In this document: positions 26,403 to 35,285 of the stretch, one piece after another
Position numbering within the stretch: the stretch's first letter is position 1
How the letters are laid out: the number at the start of each line of letters is the position of its first letter
The notes under the pieces: generated by a model
The model's database searches: none
What the model was told of the DNA's origin: nothing
Seen by the model: the letters and a program-made list of their open reading frames with translations, nothing else
Program-made: the position numbers and the translations under genes
Source: an uncultured Fibrobacteraceae bacterium
GTDB taxonomy: Bacteria > Krumholzibacteriota > Krumholzibacteriia > LZORAL124-64-63
Reading direction: 5' to 3'
Assembly (NCBI GenBank): GCA_964562635.1
Contig: CAZLUL010000002.1
Span: 1 to 46,107 of the forward strand
Length of the DNA: 46,107 nt

Positions 26403-27689
26403 TCAGCAGTTGGACTGGTGCTGCGCCAGCTCCATCAGCAGCTGTGCCGCCAGCTCGGCCTTGGGCCGTGACTCGCTCGCCCAGATCATACCACCGGAAG
26501 CCAGCAGTTGAACCCTGTGATTTTCCGCACCGAACCCCGAACCCTCTGCCGTCGGGTTGTTGGCCACCACATAGTCCATGCCCTTGGCCTCCAATTTGCC
26601 CAGGGCCCTGGCCTGCACATCTTCGGTTTCCAGGGCAAAGCCGACCACTTTCAGGCCCTCCGGACGATGATTCGGCACCACTTCGGCCAGGATGTCGGGA
26701 TTGCGGGCCATGTCCAGCTGCCACCCCGTGCCCAATTTTTCTTTTTTCAATTTTCCCGCCGCCGGGTTTGCCGGCGTGAAGTCCGCCACGGCCGCTGACA
26801 TCAACAGCCACTCGGCGCCCGCCTGCAGGCAATCGCCCACCGCCTGAGCCATGTCCTGGCCCGACTGCACCGCAACAAAGGCCCGCAGGCCCCGGGGCGG
26901 TGTCAGATCCACCGGGCCACTGATCAGGGTCACTATTGCGCCCTGGGCAACCGCCACGGCCGCCAGCGCATACCCCATGGTGCCCGAAGAACGGTTGGCC
27001 ACATAGCGCACCGGGTCGATGGCCTCGTGGGTCGGGCCGGCGGTGATCAGCACCTGCTGGCCGGCCCAGAAAGAGGGCGCAGCTTGTGTGTCCTCCACTG
27101 TGCCCGCCAGAGCGCGCGGCTCCAATCCCACCGCCAGTTCCTGGATCGACGCCACGATTTCTTCGGGCTCGACCATTCGGCCCTCGTCCACGGTGCCACA
27201 GGCCAGGAAACCGGAGCCCGGCCCCACCAGGTGCACGCCTCGCCCGCGCAGGGTCGCCACATTGGCCTGGGTGGCCGGATGCCGCCACATATTGTCGTTC
27301 ATTGCCGGCGCCATCAAGACCGGACCCGGCTGGGCCAATAGCAGAGTCGAAACGATGTCATCAGCGATGCCACCGGCGGCCTTGGCCATGGTATTGGCCG
27401 TCGCCGGCGCAATCACCGTCAGGTCGGACCAGCGCGCATATTCGATGTGGTCCAGGGCATCGCTCTGGTCTTCGCCCCACAAATCGGTGGCCACCGGGTG
27501 GCCAGAAAGAACCTGAAAAGTCATGGGGGAAACAAAGCGGGTTGCAGCCGCGGTCATGGCCACTTTCACGGAAAAACCCGCCTGCACCAGCAGGCGGGTC
27601 AAAAAGCAACTTTTGTAGGCGGCGATGCCACCGGTGACCATCAGCAAAATCCGGACTTGAGAGACGCGGACATTCCCGTGATCAGCCAT
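26403..27689 (-). CDS. coaBC: Bifunctional phosphopantothenoylcysteine decarboxylase / phosphopantothenate--cysteine ligase
   Basis: ILLMVTGGIAAYKS flavoprotein N-domain, PAMNxxMW, and a C-terminal CoaB domain (ITAGPTHEAIDPVRYVANRSSG). Confidence 0.95.
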   Translation of the reverse strand: MADHGNVRVSQVRILLMVTGGIAAYKSCFLTRLLVQAGFSVKVAMTAAATRFVSPMTFQVLSGHPVATDLWGEDQSDALDHIEYARWSDLTVIAPATANTMAKAAGGIADDIVSTLLLAQPGPVLMAPAMNDNMWRHPATQANVATLRGRGVHLVGPGSGFLACGTVDEGRMVEPEEIVASIQELAVGLEPRALAGTVEDTQAAPSFWAGQQVLITAGPTHEAIDPVRYVANRSSGTMGYALAAVAVAQGAIVTLISGPVDLTPPRGLRAFVAVQSGQDMAQAVGDCLQAGAEWLLMSAAVADFTPANPAAGKLKKEKLGTGWQLDMARNPDILAEVVPNHRPEGLKVVGFALETEDVQARALGKLEAKGMDYVVANNPTAEGSGFGAENHRVQLLASGGMIWASESRPKAELAAQLLMELAQHQSNC

Positions 27690-27692
27690 GGT

Positions 27693-27935
27693 CTACTCCT
27701 CGCCTTCCTGCTCCCTCTCAAGCCGGGCTTGGCGGGCGCGTTCCTTGACGTCGTAGAATTCGACCTTGCCGTCAATGAGACGATCGACCGCCAAAGTGGT
27801 GATCTTGCCGGGCAAGGCCACATTGTAGTTGCGGGCGCGTTCGTTCAAGCGCCGGGCTTCGAGGGCGGCAATCTTGATCGCTTTGAATTTGTTCGGAATA
27901 AGAGCGGTCACCTTTTGGCGCGGAATATAGGTCAT
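27693..27935 (-). CDS. rpoZ: DNA-directed RNA polymerase subunit omega
   Basis: 80 aa with NKFKAIKIAALEARRLN. It sits in the conserved gmk-rpoZ neighbourhood. Confidence 0.9.
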   Translation of the reverse strand: MTYIPRQKVTALIPNKFKAIKIAALEARRLNERARNYNVALPGKITTLAVDRLIDGKVEFYDVKERARQARLEREQEGEE

Positions 27936-28073
27936 GCGGCCTTCCTCACAGGCTGGAGACAGGAGCGGTTTCTGAATAAATCAGTTTCTGGGTAAACCGG
28001 TCCGTCGTGTTTTTGGCAACCGAACAACGATAACGAATTTGGCGAAAAGCGCAAGAAATCGGCATAATAACGG

Positions 28074-28658
28074 TCAGGTCAGAGGCGAACGGCGAAAAGA
28101 CTCACGGCGGCAGTCTTCGGCCGTAATCACGGCTTTCATGCGATTAACGGCCGCATCGAGGTCATCGTTGACGATCCAGTAGCGATAACGCGGGGCAAAA
28201 CCCACTTCGTGGCGGGCATTCTTCAACCGGGTTTCGATCACCTCTGGGCTGTCGGTACCCCGGGATTGCAGGCGGCGCTCCAATTCTTCCCACGAAGGCG
28301 GAAACAGGAAAACGGACACCAATCTGCTGGCAAACAGATCGATCACGTTCACGCCACCCTGCACATCGATGTCCAGCACCGGGATCTGGCCCGCGCCCGT
28401 CATCTCGTCCAAGCGACTGCGGCGGGTGCCATAGCAGTTGTCGTGCACCCGGGCCCATTCCACGAACGCGTCGTCCGAAACCAATTCGTCAAAGACACTC
28501 TGATCCACAAAATCGTAGTCCACGCCGTTGGTCTCGCCTTCGCGCATCGGCCGCGTGGTCGTCGAGACCGAAAACGCCAAGCGCGGGTTGCCCTCCATCA
28601 GGCAGCTGATGAAGCTGCTTTTGCCCGCCCCGGAAGGCCCTGTGATCAGAACGATCAT
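28074..28658 (-). CDS. gmk: Guanylate kinase
   Basis: P-loop GPSGAGKS, TTRPMREGETNGVDYDFV, and a length of 194 aa. Confidence 0.95.
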   Translation of the reverse strand: MIVLITGPSGAGKSSFISCLMEGNPRLAFSVSTTTRPMREGETNGVDYDFVDQSVFDELVSDDAFVEWARVHDNCYGTRRSRLDEMTGAGQIPVLDIDVQGGVNVIDLFASRLVSVFLFPPSWEELERRLQSRGTDSPEVIETRLKNARHEVGFAPRYRYWIVNDDLDAAVNRMKAVITAEDCRRESFRRSPLT

Positions 28659-28660
28659 CG

Positions 28661-29542
28661 CTACTCCAGATTCAGGATCTGTTCGCGCATGGACTCGACT
28701 TCATCCTTCATCGTGATCACAGCCTGGGTGATGTCCATCAGGTTGGTCTTGCTGCCGGTGGTATTGACCTCGCGGTGCATTTCCTGCAGCAGGAAATTCA
28801 GCCGCTTGGCCACCTGCCCACCCTCGTCCAGCGCCTTGTGGAAATGGGTGATGTGGATACCCAACCGTTCGCATTCTTCGTTGATATTGGCCTTGTCCGC
28901 CAACATGGCCACTTCCTGGGCCAGGCGCTGCGGGTCGACCTGATCGGTCAGGATTTTTTCCAGGCGTTCTTCCAACCGCTTCTGGACTTCGGCCGCGGCC
29001 TCGGGGGCGCGTTTTTCAACCTCGGCCAACTTGGTGGACAAAGTCTCCAGGCGCCCACGCATTTCCTGGACCAAGGCTTCGCCTTCAGCCTGTTTCATGG
29101 CCATCAAGCCTTCGTGGGCCGTCGCGATGGCGGTCATCATCGCGGCCCGCATTTCGTCCTGCTCCACTTCCATTTCTTCGGCCCGAAACAAGTCCGGCAC
29201 CGCCAGCAAATGGTCCAGGGTGACCGGATGGCTCGCGCCGGTGGCCTTCTCCAACTCAGCCGCCGCAGCGCGCACCATGTCCAGCCCCGACTGCAAACGC
29301 TCAGGATCCAACCCGGCACCGGAGCCTTCCCGATTGACCTGCAGCTGCACCGCCACGGTCACCCGCCCGCGCGCAACGTTGTCCTTCAGAAACTTGCGGA
29401 TGTCCGTCTCCAGAAAAGCTAGGACACCGGGCAGTTTCAGACTCACGTCCAGGAAGCGGTGGTTCACCGAGCGCAATTCCACAGAGATAGTCATGGGGCC
29501 GGTAGCGCCTTCGCCGGTGCCGAAGCCGGTCATGCTGAGCAT
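28661..29542 (-). CDS. yicC: YicC/YloC-family protein
   Basis: MLSMTGFG opening, SVNHRFLD, and a C-terminal EEIERL-like ECERLGIHITHF...LNFLLQEMHREVNTTGSK. The start is trimmed to the ATG at 29542, with GGAGGA upstream. Confidence 0.9.
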   Translation of the reverse strand: MLSMTGFGTGEGATGPMTISVELRSVNHRFLDVSLKLPGVLAFLETDIRKFLKDNVARGRVTVAVQLQVNREGSGAGLDPERLQSGLDMVRAAAAELEKATGASHPVTLDHLLAVPDLFRAEEMEVEQDEMRAAMMTAIATAHEGLMAMKQAEGEALVQEMRGRLETLSTKLAEVEKRAPEAAAEVQKRLEERLEKILTDQVDPQRLAQEVAMLADKANINEECERLGIHITHFHKALDEGGQVAKRLNFLLQEMHREVNTTGSKTNLMDITQAVITMKDEVESMREQILNLE

Positions 29543-29670
29543 GGAGATCCTCCAGAAAGTCGAGTTGTTGGCCCGGGGCGATGGGGGCCTCGCAATATTC
29601 GATTGGCCGAATCTTAGGTCAGAGACCCTGTGGCGGCAAGGAAATGAACGAGAATTGAGCGGGATCAAAG

Positions 29671-29699
29671 TTGTGACTCTCTGCGTATACCCTTACAAT
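29671..29699 (+). promoter_or_regulatory. Candidate sigma-70 promoter of the 29744 OMP gene
   Basis: TTGTGA-N17-TACAAT, about 45 nt upstream of the ATG. Confidence 0.45.
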
Positions 29700-29743
29700 G
29701 CGCCTCACATTCTCGCTGCCGAATGATTGGAAAGGACGCCATC

Positions 29744-30265
29744 ATGAGATTCCTGCGCCGCCTGGCCACCGCTTTTGCCCTGACTGCCCTGCTGGCCACT
29801 CCCCTGTTTGCCCAAACGGCGAACGAGCTGGCCACCGACGATTCCCCGGGGATCCAAAGCAACATCGCCTTCGGCATGCGCGCCGGCTACACCAGCTGGG
29901 ATGGCGTCGATCAGGTCCACTTTGGGGCCCACCTCAAGCTCGGTGAAGTCTTTCCCAACGTGCACTTCACACCCAACGTCGAAGCCGGTATCGGCGGCGA
30001 TGCGACCATCATCGCCCTCAACGGCGACCTCGCCTACAGCTTCACCGAGTTTGTGACCCACCCCTGGAACGTCTACGGCGGTGGCTCTTTTGCCCTCAAC
30101 TTCATCAATCCGGATGTCGGCGAGTCCGATACCAGCATCGGCCTGAGCGCCCTGCTTGGTCTCGAGCGCACTTTCGCCAACGAGCACCAGGGTATGGTCG
30201 AAGTCCGGGTGGGCATCCTGGATGGCCCGGATTTCAAACTCACCTTCGGCTACACGTTGTTCTAG
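29744..30265 (+). CDS. Small outer-membrane beta-barrel protein (OmpA-beta-barrel/OmpW-like size)
   Basis: SD AAGGA, signal peptide MRFLRRLATAFALTALLATPLFAQ, alternating beta pattern, and C-terminal FKLTFGYTLF ending in Phe. Confidence 0.75.
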   Translation: MRFLRRLATAFALTALLATPLFAQTANELATDDSPGIQSNIAFGMRAGYTSWDGVDQVHFGAHLKLGEVFPNVHFTPNVEAGIGGDATIIALNGDLAYSFTEFVTHPWNVYGGGSFALNFINPDVGESDTSIGLSALLGLERTFANEHQGMVEVRVGILDGPDFKLTFGYTLF

Positions 30266-30284
30266 TCATGAATGGGTTCCAGTC

Positions 30285-31715
30285 ATGAGCATCCCCACTC
30301 CCTGGTCCGACCCCGCAACCCTGGCCAACCTGCTGGCCGGATGGCGGCAGATGTATGGCGGCCGGGATCTGTTCCGCATCTCGGCCGGCGACCGCTGGGT
30401 GCGGCTGCATCTGGCGGGTGACGAGCGCATGGGATTGTTGCTCAGCGGCCTGCCCGGCGCGCGACTCATCTTTGCCCATCAGGGCCGGCTGCCCGACCCT
30501 CTGGTGGCAGCCCTGACCCCGGTTCGCAAACATCCCCTGCACCCCCTGCTGAACAACGCCCGCCTCGTTTCGTGCGGACTTCTGCCCAACGACAAGGTGG
30601 CGGCCTTCCTGCTGGCGGTGCCCGATGGGCAGGATGTCGTCCTGTTGCATCAGTTGTTTGGGGCGCGAAGCAATACGACCCTGTTGGATCGCTCGGGTAA
30701 GCTGTTGTGGTCGGTTCATCGCCCGCCCCATGCGGCGCTGACGGCCTGGCCGACCAAAGCAACCTGGTCCCATGGCGACCCCGCCGCATCGGTGGCCGAA
30801 TTCAATCCCCAGGCCCTGGCCCGCGTGCTGGAGGTCTGTACCGATCAGGAGCTCGCCGCCAACCGGGCAGCGGTCAATCGTCGTCTCAAAGCCGCCGAAA
30901 GATTGCTCAGCAATCTGGAACGCGACCTGGCCAACGCCGACCAGGGCGACCGGCACCGCCATAAGGCCGAAGCCCTGGCCGCCAACCTGCATACGATGAC
31001 CCAGGGCGCATCCGAGATTGTTTTGACCAACCTGACCGATGGCACGTCGTTGGCAATCGCGCTGGACCCGGCCCGCACCCCGGCGGCCAACATGGAGGCC
31101 TGGTTTCGACGGGCGCGCAAGGCCGAAAAGGGCCTGGAGATTATCCGCACCCGGCATGGCGAGGCAGAGGCAGCCCGGGATCGCCTGCAGGAGGCCACCG
31201 GCGATCTTGATGTTGCCGCCGCGGAAGTCCCGCCCTTGGCGCGGCTGGCGACCCTGCAACTGTGGCGCAGTGAGAATCAGGACCTGTTCCCCCGCACCAA
31301 CGACCGCGCCCGCGGCCGCACGGCCGAAGAACCGGCCCGGCCTTTCCGGCGCTATCTGATCGATGAAAAATGGGAAGTCTGGGTCGGGCGCAACAACAAG
31401 GAAAACGATGAACTGACCCACCGCGCAGCCCACAACCAGGACATCTGGCTGCATGCGCAGGGTGTGTCGGGCAGCCATGTGATATTGCGCACTGGCGGGC
31501 ATCCGGAAAAAGTGCCGGCTCAGGTAGTGGCCAAAGCGGCCTCTCTGGCGGCCTTTTACAGCAAGGCGCGCAACTCCCAGTACGTGCCGGTCATCCATAC
31601 CGAAAAACGTTATGTGCGCAAACCGAGAAAGGCTCCGACCGGCACGGCGGTTTGCCTGCGCGACCAGAACCTTTTTGTCGAACCCGGCGTCATGGCCGGG
31701 GTGGAACCTGCCTGA
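30285..31715 (+). CDS. NFACT-family RNA-binding protein (RqcH/FbpA-like; NFACT-N + coiled coil + NFACT-R/DUF814)
   Basis: HQLFGARSNTTLLD resembles the NFACT-N (MG..SN..L.D) motif. There is a coiled-coil segment in the middle. The C-terminal WEVWVGRNNKENDELTHRAAHNQDIWLHAQGVSGSHVILR is DUF814-like. Confidence 0.8.
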   Translation: MSIPTPWSDPATLANLLAGWRQMYGGRDLFRISAGDRWVRLHLAGDERMGLLLSGLPGARLIFAHQGRLPDPLVAALTPVRKHPLHPLLNNARLVSCGLLPNDKVAAFLLAVPDGQDVVLLHQLFGARSNTTLLDRSGKLLWSVHRPPHAALTAWPTKATWSHGDPAASVAEFNPQALARVLEVCTDQELAANRAAVNRRLKAAERLLSNLERDLANADQGDRHRHKAEALAANLHTMTQGASEIVLTNLTDGTSLAIALDPARTPAANMEAWFRRARKAEKGLEIIRTRHGEAEAARDRLQEATGDLDVAAAEVPPLARLATLQLWRSENQDLFPRTNDRARGRTAEEPARPFRRYLIDEKWEVWVGRNNKENDELTHRAAHNQDIWLHAQGVSGSHVILRTGGHPEKVPAQVVAKAASLAAFYSKARNSQYVPVIHTEKRYVRKPRKAPTGTAVCLRDQNLFVEPGVMAGVEPA

Positions 31716-31728
31716 TTCCAAGGCCTGT

Positions 31729-32571
31729 TCAGGGGGTCAAAGTTATCCGCAGACCCAGAACCCCATCCAGGAAAGATCCCAGCTCGTCGTCGGTGGGAAT
31801 CTGGTAATAAACGGCCGGCCTGACGACCGCGCCGACATATTCCACGCCGGCGGCCAGCCTGTGAGCCGAATTTTCGCTGAAGCCGTCGCCATCTCCGTCG
31901 GTCTCCCAGAACCCGCCAAATTCGATGCTCGCCCCCAAACGTCCGGTCTCCACGCCGACGCCCAACCCGTAGCGCATGTGCACCAGGGTCGAGCCATCAT
32001 TGTCGCCGGTGGGAAAGAGCAGATCCGGTCCCACTTCCAGGCGCAGGAAACTTTCGCCCGAGGCCGGAATCCGCGCAGTAAAATGAGTCTGCACCGTCAG
32101 CACATCGGGCACAAAAGTTTGCCAAACCGAAGGGTGGGCCAGTATTCCCAGCATACCGAAGCCAGCGCCGAAAGCGTCGTTCGACATGGTCGGCAACTGC
32201 AACGCAATCAGGAATGACATGTTTTCCTGCGCACCCAGATTCATCAGGTGGGCCCCAACGGTGAGGTTCCCGACTTCCGTGGTGTTGTTCGGCTCAAAAG
32301 TCGAATCCACGCCCCAATTGGCCAGCGGTGCCGAAAGCGAAAGCACGAAATCCGGGCTGACCGGCAGACCCAGCGAAAACTCATGGTATTGCATATCCAG
32401 ATAGGACCCGAGGTCCCCGGCAAAATGCGAATGCTGAAAACGATAGCTGAATTCGAGCTGTCCGGTGGGCTGGCGGTCCAAGAGAAAGGGTGAGGTTCCG
32501 GCCAACCCCGTCAAGGGCACCAATAGCAACAGGCTGCATATCGCATACGGGATAAGACGATGAGGGCGCAT
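31729..32571 (-). CDS. Putative outer-membrane beta-barrel protein
   Basis: SD GGAAGGA, signal peptide MRPHRLIPYAICSLLLLVPLTGLAG, and a repeated amphipathic beta-strand pattern. No family recognised. Confidence 0.55.
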   Translation of the reverse strand: MRPHRLIPYAICSLLLLVPLTGLAGTSPFLLDRQPTGQLEFSYRFQHSHFAGDLGSYLDMQYHEFSLGLPVSPDFVLSLSAPLANWGVDSTFEPNNTTEVGNLTVGAHLMNLGAQENMSFLIALQLPTMSNDAFGAGFGMLGILAHPSVWQTFVPDVLTVQTHFTARIPASGESFLRLEVGPDLLFPTGDNDGSTLVHMRYGLGVGVETGRLGASIEFGGFWETDGDGDGFSENSAHRLAAGVEYVGAVVRPAVYYQIPTDDELGSFLDGVLGLRITLTP

Positions 32572-32650
32572 GGAAAGTCCTTCCAAAATGAGGGGGCCTG
32601 AACAGACCCTAGCATTTCGAAGGCATATTTTCAAAATGTATCAACAGGAA

Positions 32651-33832
32651 TCAGTCAGGATATTGGGCCTGGATCTTCTGCAGGTCAGCCGGGCGGGCCA
32701 GGAAGATCTTCACCAGATCCGGATCAAACTGTTGCCCGGACCCTTCGCGGATGTTGGCCATGGTATCTTCCGCGCTCCAGGCGTCCTTGTAGACCCGGCG
32801 GCTGGTCAGGGCGTCGTACACATCACAGATCGTCAGGATGCGCGCCGAAAGGGGGATCTCGGTGCCGCTGACACCATTGGGATATCCGCTGCCATCCCAC
32901 CGTTCGTGATGAGCGATGGCCATCTCGGCCCCCATGGTGATCATGCCGTATTCGCCGTAGTCCTGCATCAGGCCCTCGAGCAATTCGGCCCCCATGGACG
33001 TGTGGGATTTCATCACTTCGAACTCCGGCACGGTCAGCTTGCCGGGCTTCAGCAGGATCGCATCGGGAATGCCCACCTTGCCCACATCGTGCAGCGCCGC
33101 CGAGCGCGCGATCGTATCGATGAACGTCGGCGTCACTTCGCTATAGCCAGGGCGGTCCAGCAGTAGTTCGGCCAGATAATTCGCGTAGGCGCAAATCCGG
33201 TTCAGGTGGCCACCGATATGACTGTCGCGGATCTCGGCCAACAGGGCCATGCCGCGAATCACCGCATCACGGCTGCGGCTCAATTCGTTGACCAACCGGA
33301 TATTCTCCAACGAGTAGGACATCTGGTCCACCAGCATGCTGCACATGCTGATCTCGCTGGGTGAGAAGGCGCCGACGTCGCGGCTGCCAAAATCAAAAAC
33401 ACCGACCGGGCCGCTGTTGGCGATGATCGGCATGGCCAGGCTGCTGCGCAATTGGGCCGACAGGGTCTTGATGCCGAACTGGTCAGTCAGGTCATCAACG
33501 TGCACCAGATATTCTTCAGTAAAGGCCTGAATGTGCATGCTGGCGTTGTCGGCCAGGGAGATGCTCAAGTCCGGGTCCAGGTCTTCGTAACCCACGGAAG
33601 CGACGAGGGTCAGGGAACCCGATTTTTCGTCGTGCAGAAACAGGGAGCAGAAGTCGCAGCCCATGACTTTCCACACACCGTTGACGACTTCCTGGTAGGA
33701 AGTTTCGTCAACCGTCATGCACACCAGGCGGGCATTGAAAGCCTGCAGGGCGAGCAGACGTTCAACGTCCAGGCCACGCTTGGCCGCGTTGTTGTGTCTC
33801 GGTGGTATGGAAGGTCCCGCGATATGGGCCAT
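32651..33832 (-). CDS. GAF-domain HD-GYP phosphodiesterase (cyclic-di-GMP-type signalling)
   Basis: N-terminal GAF-like domain, then HDVGKVGIPDAILLKPGKLT and HHERWDGSGYPNG (HD...GYP). Confidence 0.9.
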   Translation of the reverse strand: MAHIAGPSIPPRHNNAAKRGLDVERLLALQAFNARLVCMTVDETSYQEVVNGVWKVMGCDFCSLFLHDEKSGSLTLVASVGYEDLDPDLSISLADNASMHIQAFTEEYLVHVDDLTDQFGIKTLSAQLRSSLAMPIIANSGPVGVFDFGSRDVGAFSPSEISMCSMLVDQMSYSLENIRLVNELSRSRDAVIRGMALLAEIRDSHIGGHLNRICAYANYLAELLLDRPGYSEVTPTFIDTIARSAALHDVGKVGIPDAILLKPGKLTVPEFEVMKSHTSMGAELLEGLMQDYGEYGMITMGAEMAIAHHERWDGSGYPNGVSGTEIPLSARILTICDVYDALTSRRVYKDAWSAEDTMANIREGSGQQFDPDLVKIFLARPADLQKIQAQYPD

Positions 33833-33960
33833 TATCAGATTCCTGTTGGTGCCTCAGCTACAAACCCGATCCCGCGACCACTGGGGCCGCCTCAGCCCCA
33901 TAAAAATCGGCTGAGAGTCGGGTAACTGAAGGAAATTCAGCGCAATAGTGAGCAATTTGA

Positions 33961-35052
33961 CTACCGCAAACGCTCAATTTCCTCGAGCAAAACCTGTTCC
34001 AGATCGTCCTTGTCGATGTTCCGGTGCAATTTGCCCTTGCGGTAGATAGCCACCTTCGTCCGCCCCGCGGCGATTCCGAGGTCGGCGGCCTTCGCTTCAC
34101 CCGGGCCGTTGACAATGCACCCCATGACTGAAATCACCCGATCAGAGGGCAAATCCTTGGCCAATTCTTCCACTTTGGTGGCCAATGCCACCACATCAAC
34201 CTCGACCCTGCCGCAGGTGGGACAGGCCACGACGCGGGCGTAGCCGCTGCGCAGGCCCAGGGCCGAAAGCATGTGATAAGCCGCATTCACTTCCTTGACC
34301 GGGTCGTCGGCCAAACTGATGCGCACGGTATCGCCGATGCCCTCGCTCAACAGAACCGACAGGGCCGCCACCGAAAGTGAGGTGCCGGCCAACAGGGTTC
34401 CCGCCTCGGTCACGCCCAGGTGCTGCGGAATATCACTGATTTTGGCGAAGCGGCGGCAGGCATCAATCACTTCGCCCGGATTGCTGCTCTTGAGACTGAC
34501 CGCTACGTTGTGGAATCCCACGGCCGCCAGGGTCTCAATTTCATCGGTCGCGCTCTGGACCAGGGCGCCGGCCGGATCCAGGGCCAGCATGGTGTCATAA
34601 CGCTTGTGGAGACTGCCCCGGTTGACGCCAATCCGAATGGGCACACCCTTGTCCGCCGCAGCGGCCGCCACCTCACGCACGTGGTCCTTCGAGCCAATGT
34701 TGCCGGGGTTGATGCGCAGTTTGGCGATGCCGGCCTCCAGGGCCAACAGAGCCATCTTGTGGTCGTAGTGGATGTCCGCCACCAGCGGTGTATTGCATTC
34801 GTACATGATGCGCGGCAGGGCGTCGGCCGCCGCCTGATCATTCACCGTCACCCGCACATACTCGGACCCGGCGGTGGCCAGCTCCTTGATCTGCTGGACG
34901 GTCGCTTCGACGTCGCCGGTCTTGGTCGTCGTCATACTCTGCACACGCACCGGCGCGTCGCCTCCCATGGGCAACTCCCCCACCATGATCTGGCGGGTTT
35001 TTCGGCGCGGAGCGCAGATCGAATTTGTGGGCGGTTTTTTTTTGTCGGTCAA
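33961..35052 (-). CDS. ispG: 4-hydroxy-3-methylbut-2-en-1-yl diphosphate synthase
   Basis: RRKTRQIMVGELPMGGDAPVRVQSMTTTKT, RINPGNIG, and C-terminal Cys ligands (ACPTCGR...GCIVNGPGE). TTG start with GGGAG upstream. Confidence 0.95.
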   Translation of the reverse strand: MTDKKKPPTNSICAPRRKTRQIMVGELPMGGDAPVRVQSMTTTKTGDVEATVQQIKELATAGSEYVRVTVNDQAAADALPRIMYECNTPLVADIHYDHKMALLALEAGIAKLRINPGNIGSKDHVREVAAAAADKGVPIRIGVNRGSLHKRYDTMLALDPAGALVQSATDEIETLAAVGFHNVAVSLKSSNPGEVIDACRRFAKISDIPQHLGVTEAGTLLAGTSLSVAALSVLLSEGIGDTVRISLADDPVKEVNAAYHMLSALGLRSGYARVVACPTCGRVEVDVVALATKVEELAKDLPSDRVISVMGCIVNGPGEAKAADLGIAAGRTKVAIYRKGKLHRNIDKDDLEQVLLEEIERLR

Positions 35053-35285
35053 CTTGATGCTCCCAAAAAATCAGGCCCGGCTTTGAATCGCAGAATTGAG
35101 CCGGAGAGAAGCAATTCCCAACGGCGGCCATCCAATATAGCTCCGAAGCTTCCGATCCGACAATGAACTCTCTGGAGGCTCCAATTTTGCACTCGGGCAG
35201 GGTGAGGATCATCTCAATATCACGCCAGCAGTTGACCGATCCCAATGGTGGTCCAGAGGATCGGCATCACCACCAAGCCACCGGG

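Noticed and set aside
26254-27288. 344-aa minus-strand ORF overlapping coaBC out of frame
   Set aside because: The product is rich in Gly, Arg, Pro and Ala. The coaBC frame carries all the conserved motifs, so there is no evidence for a nested gene.
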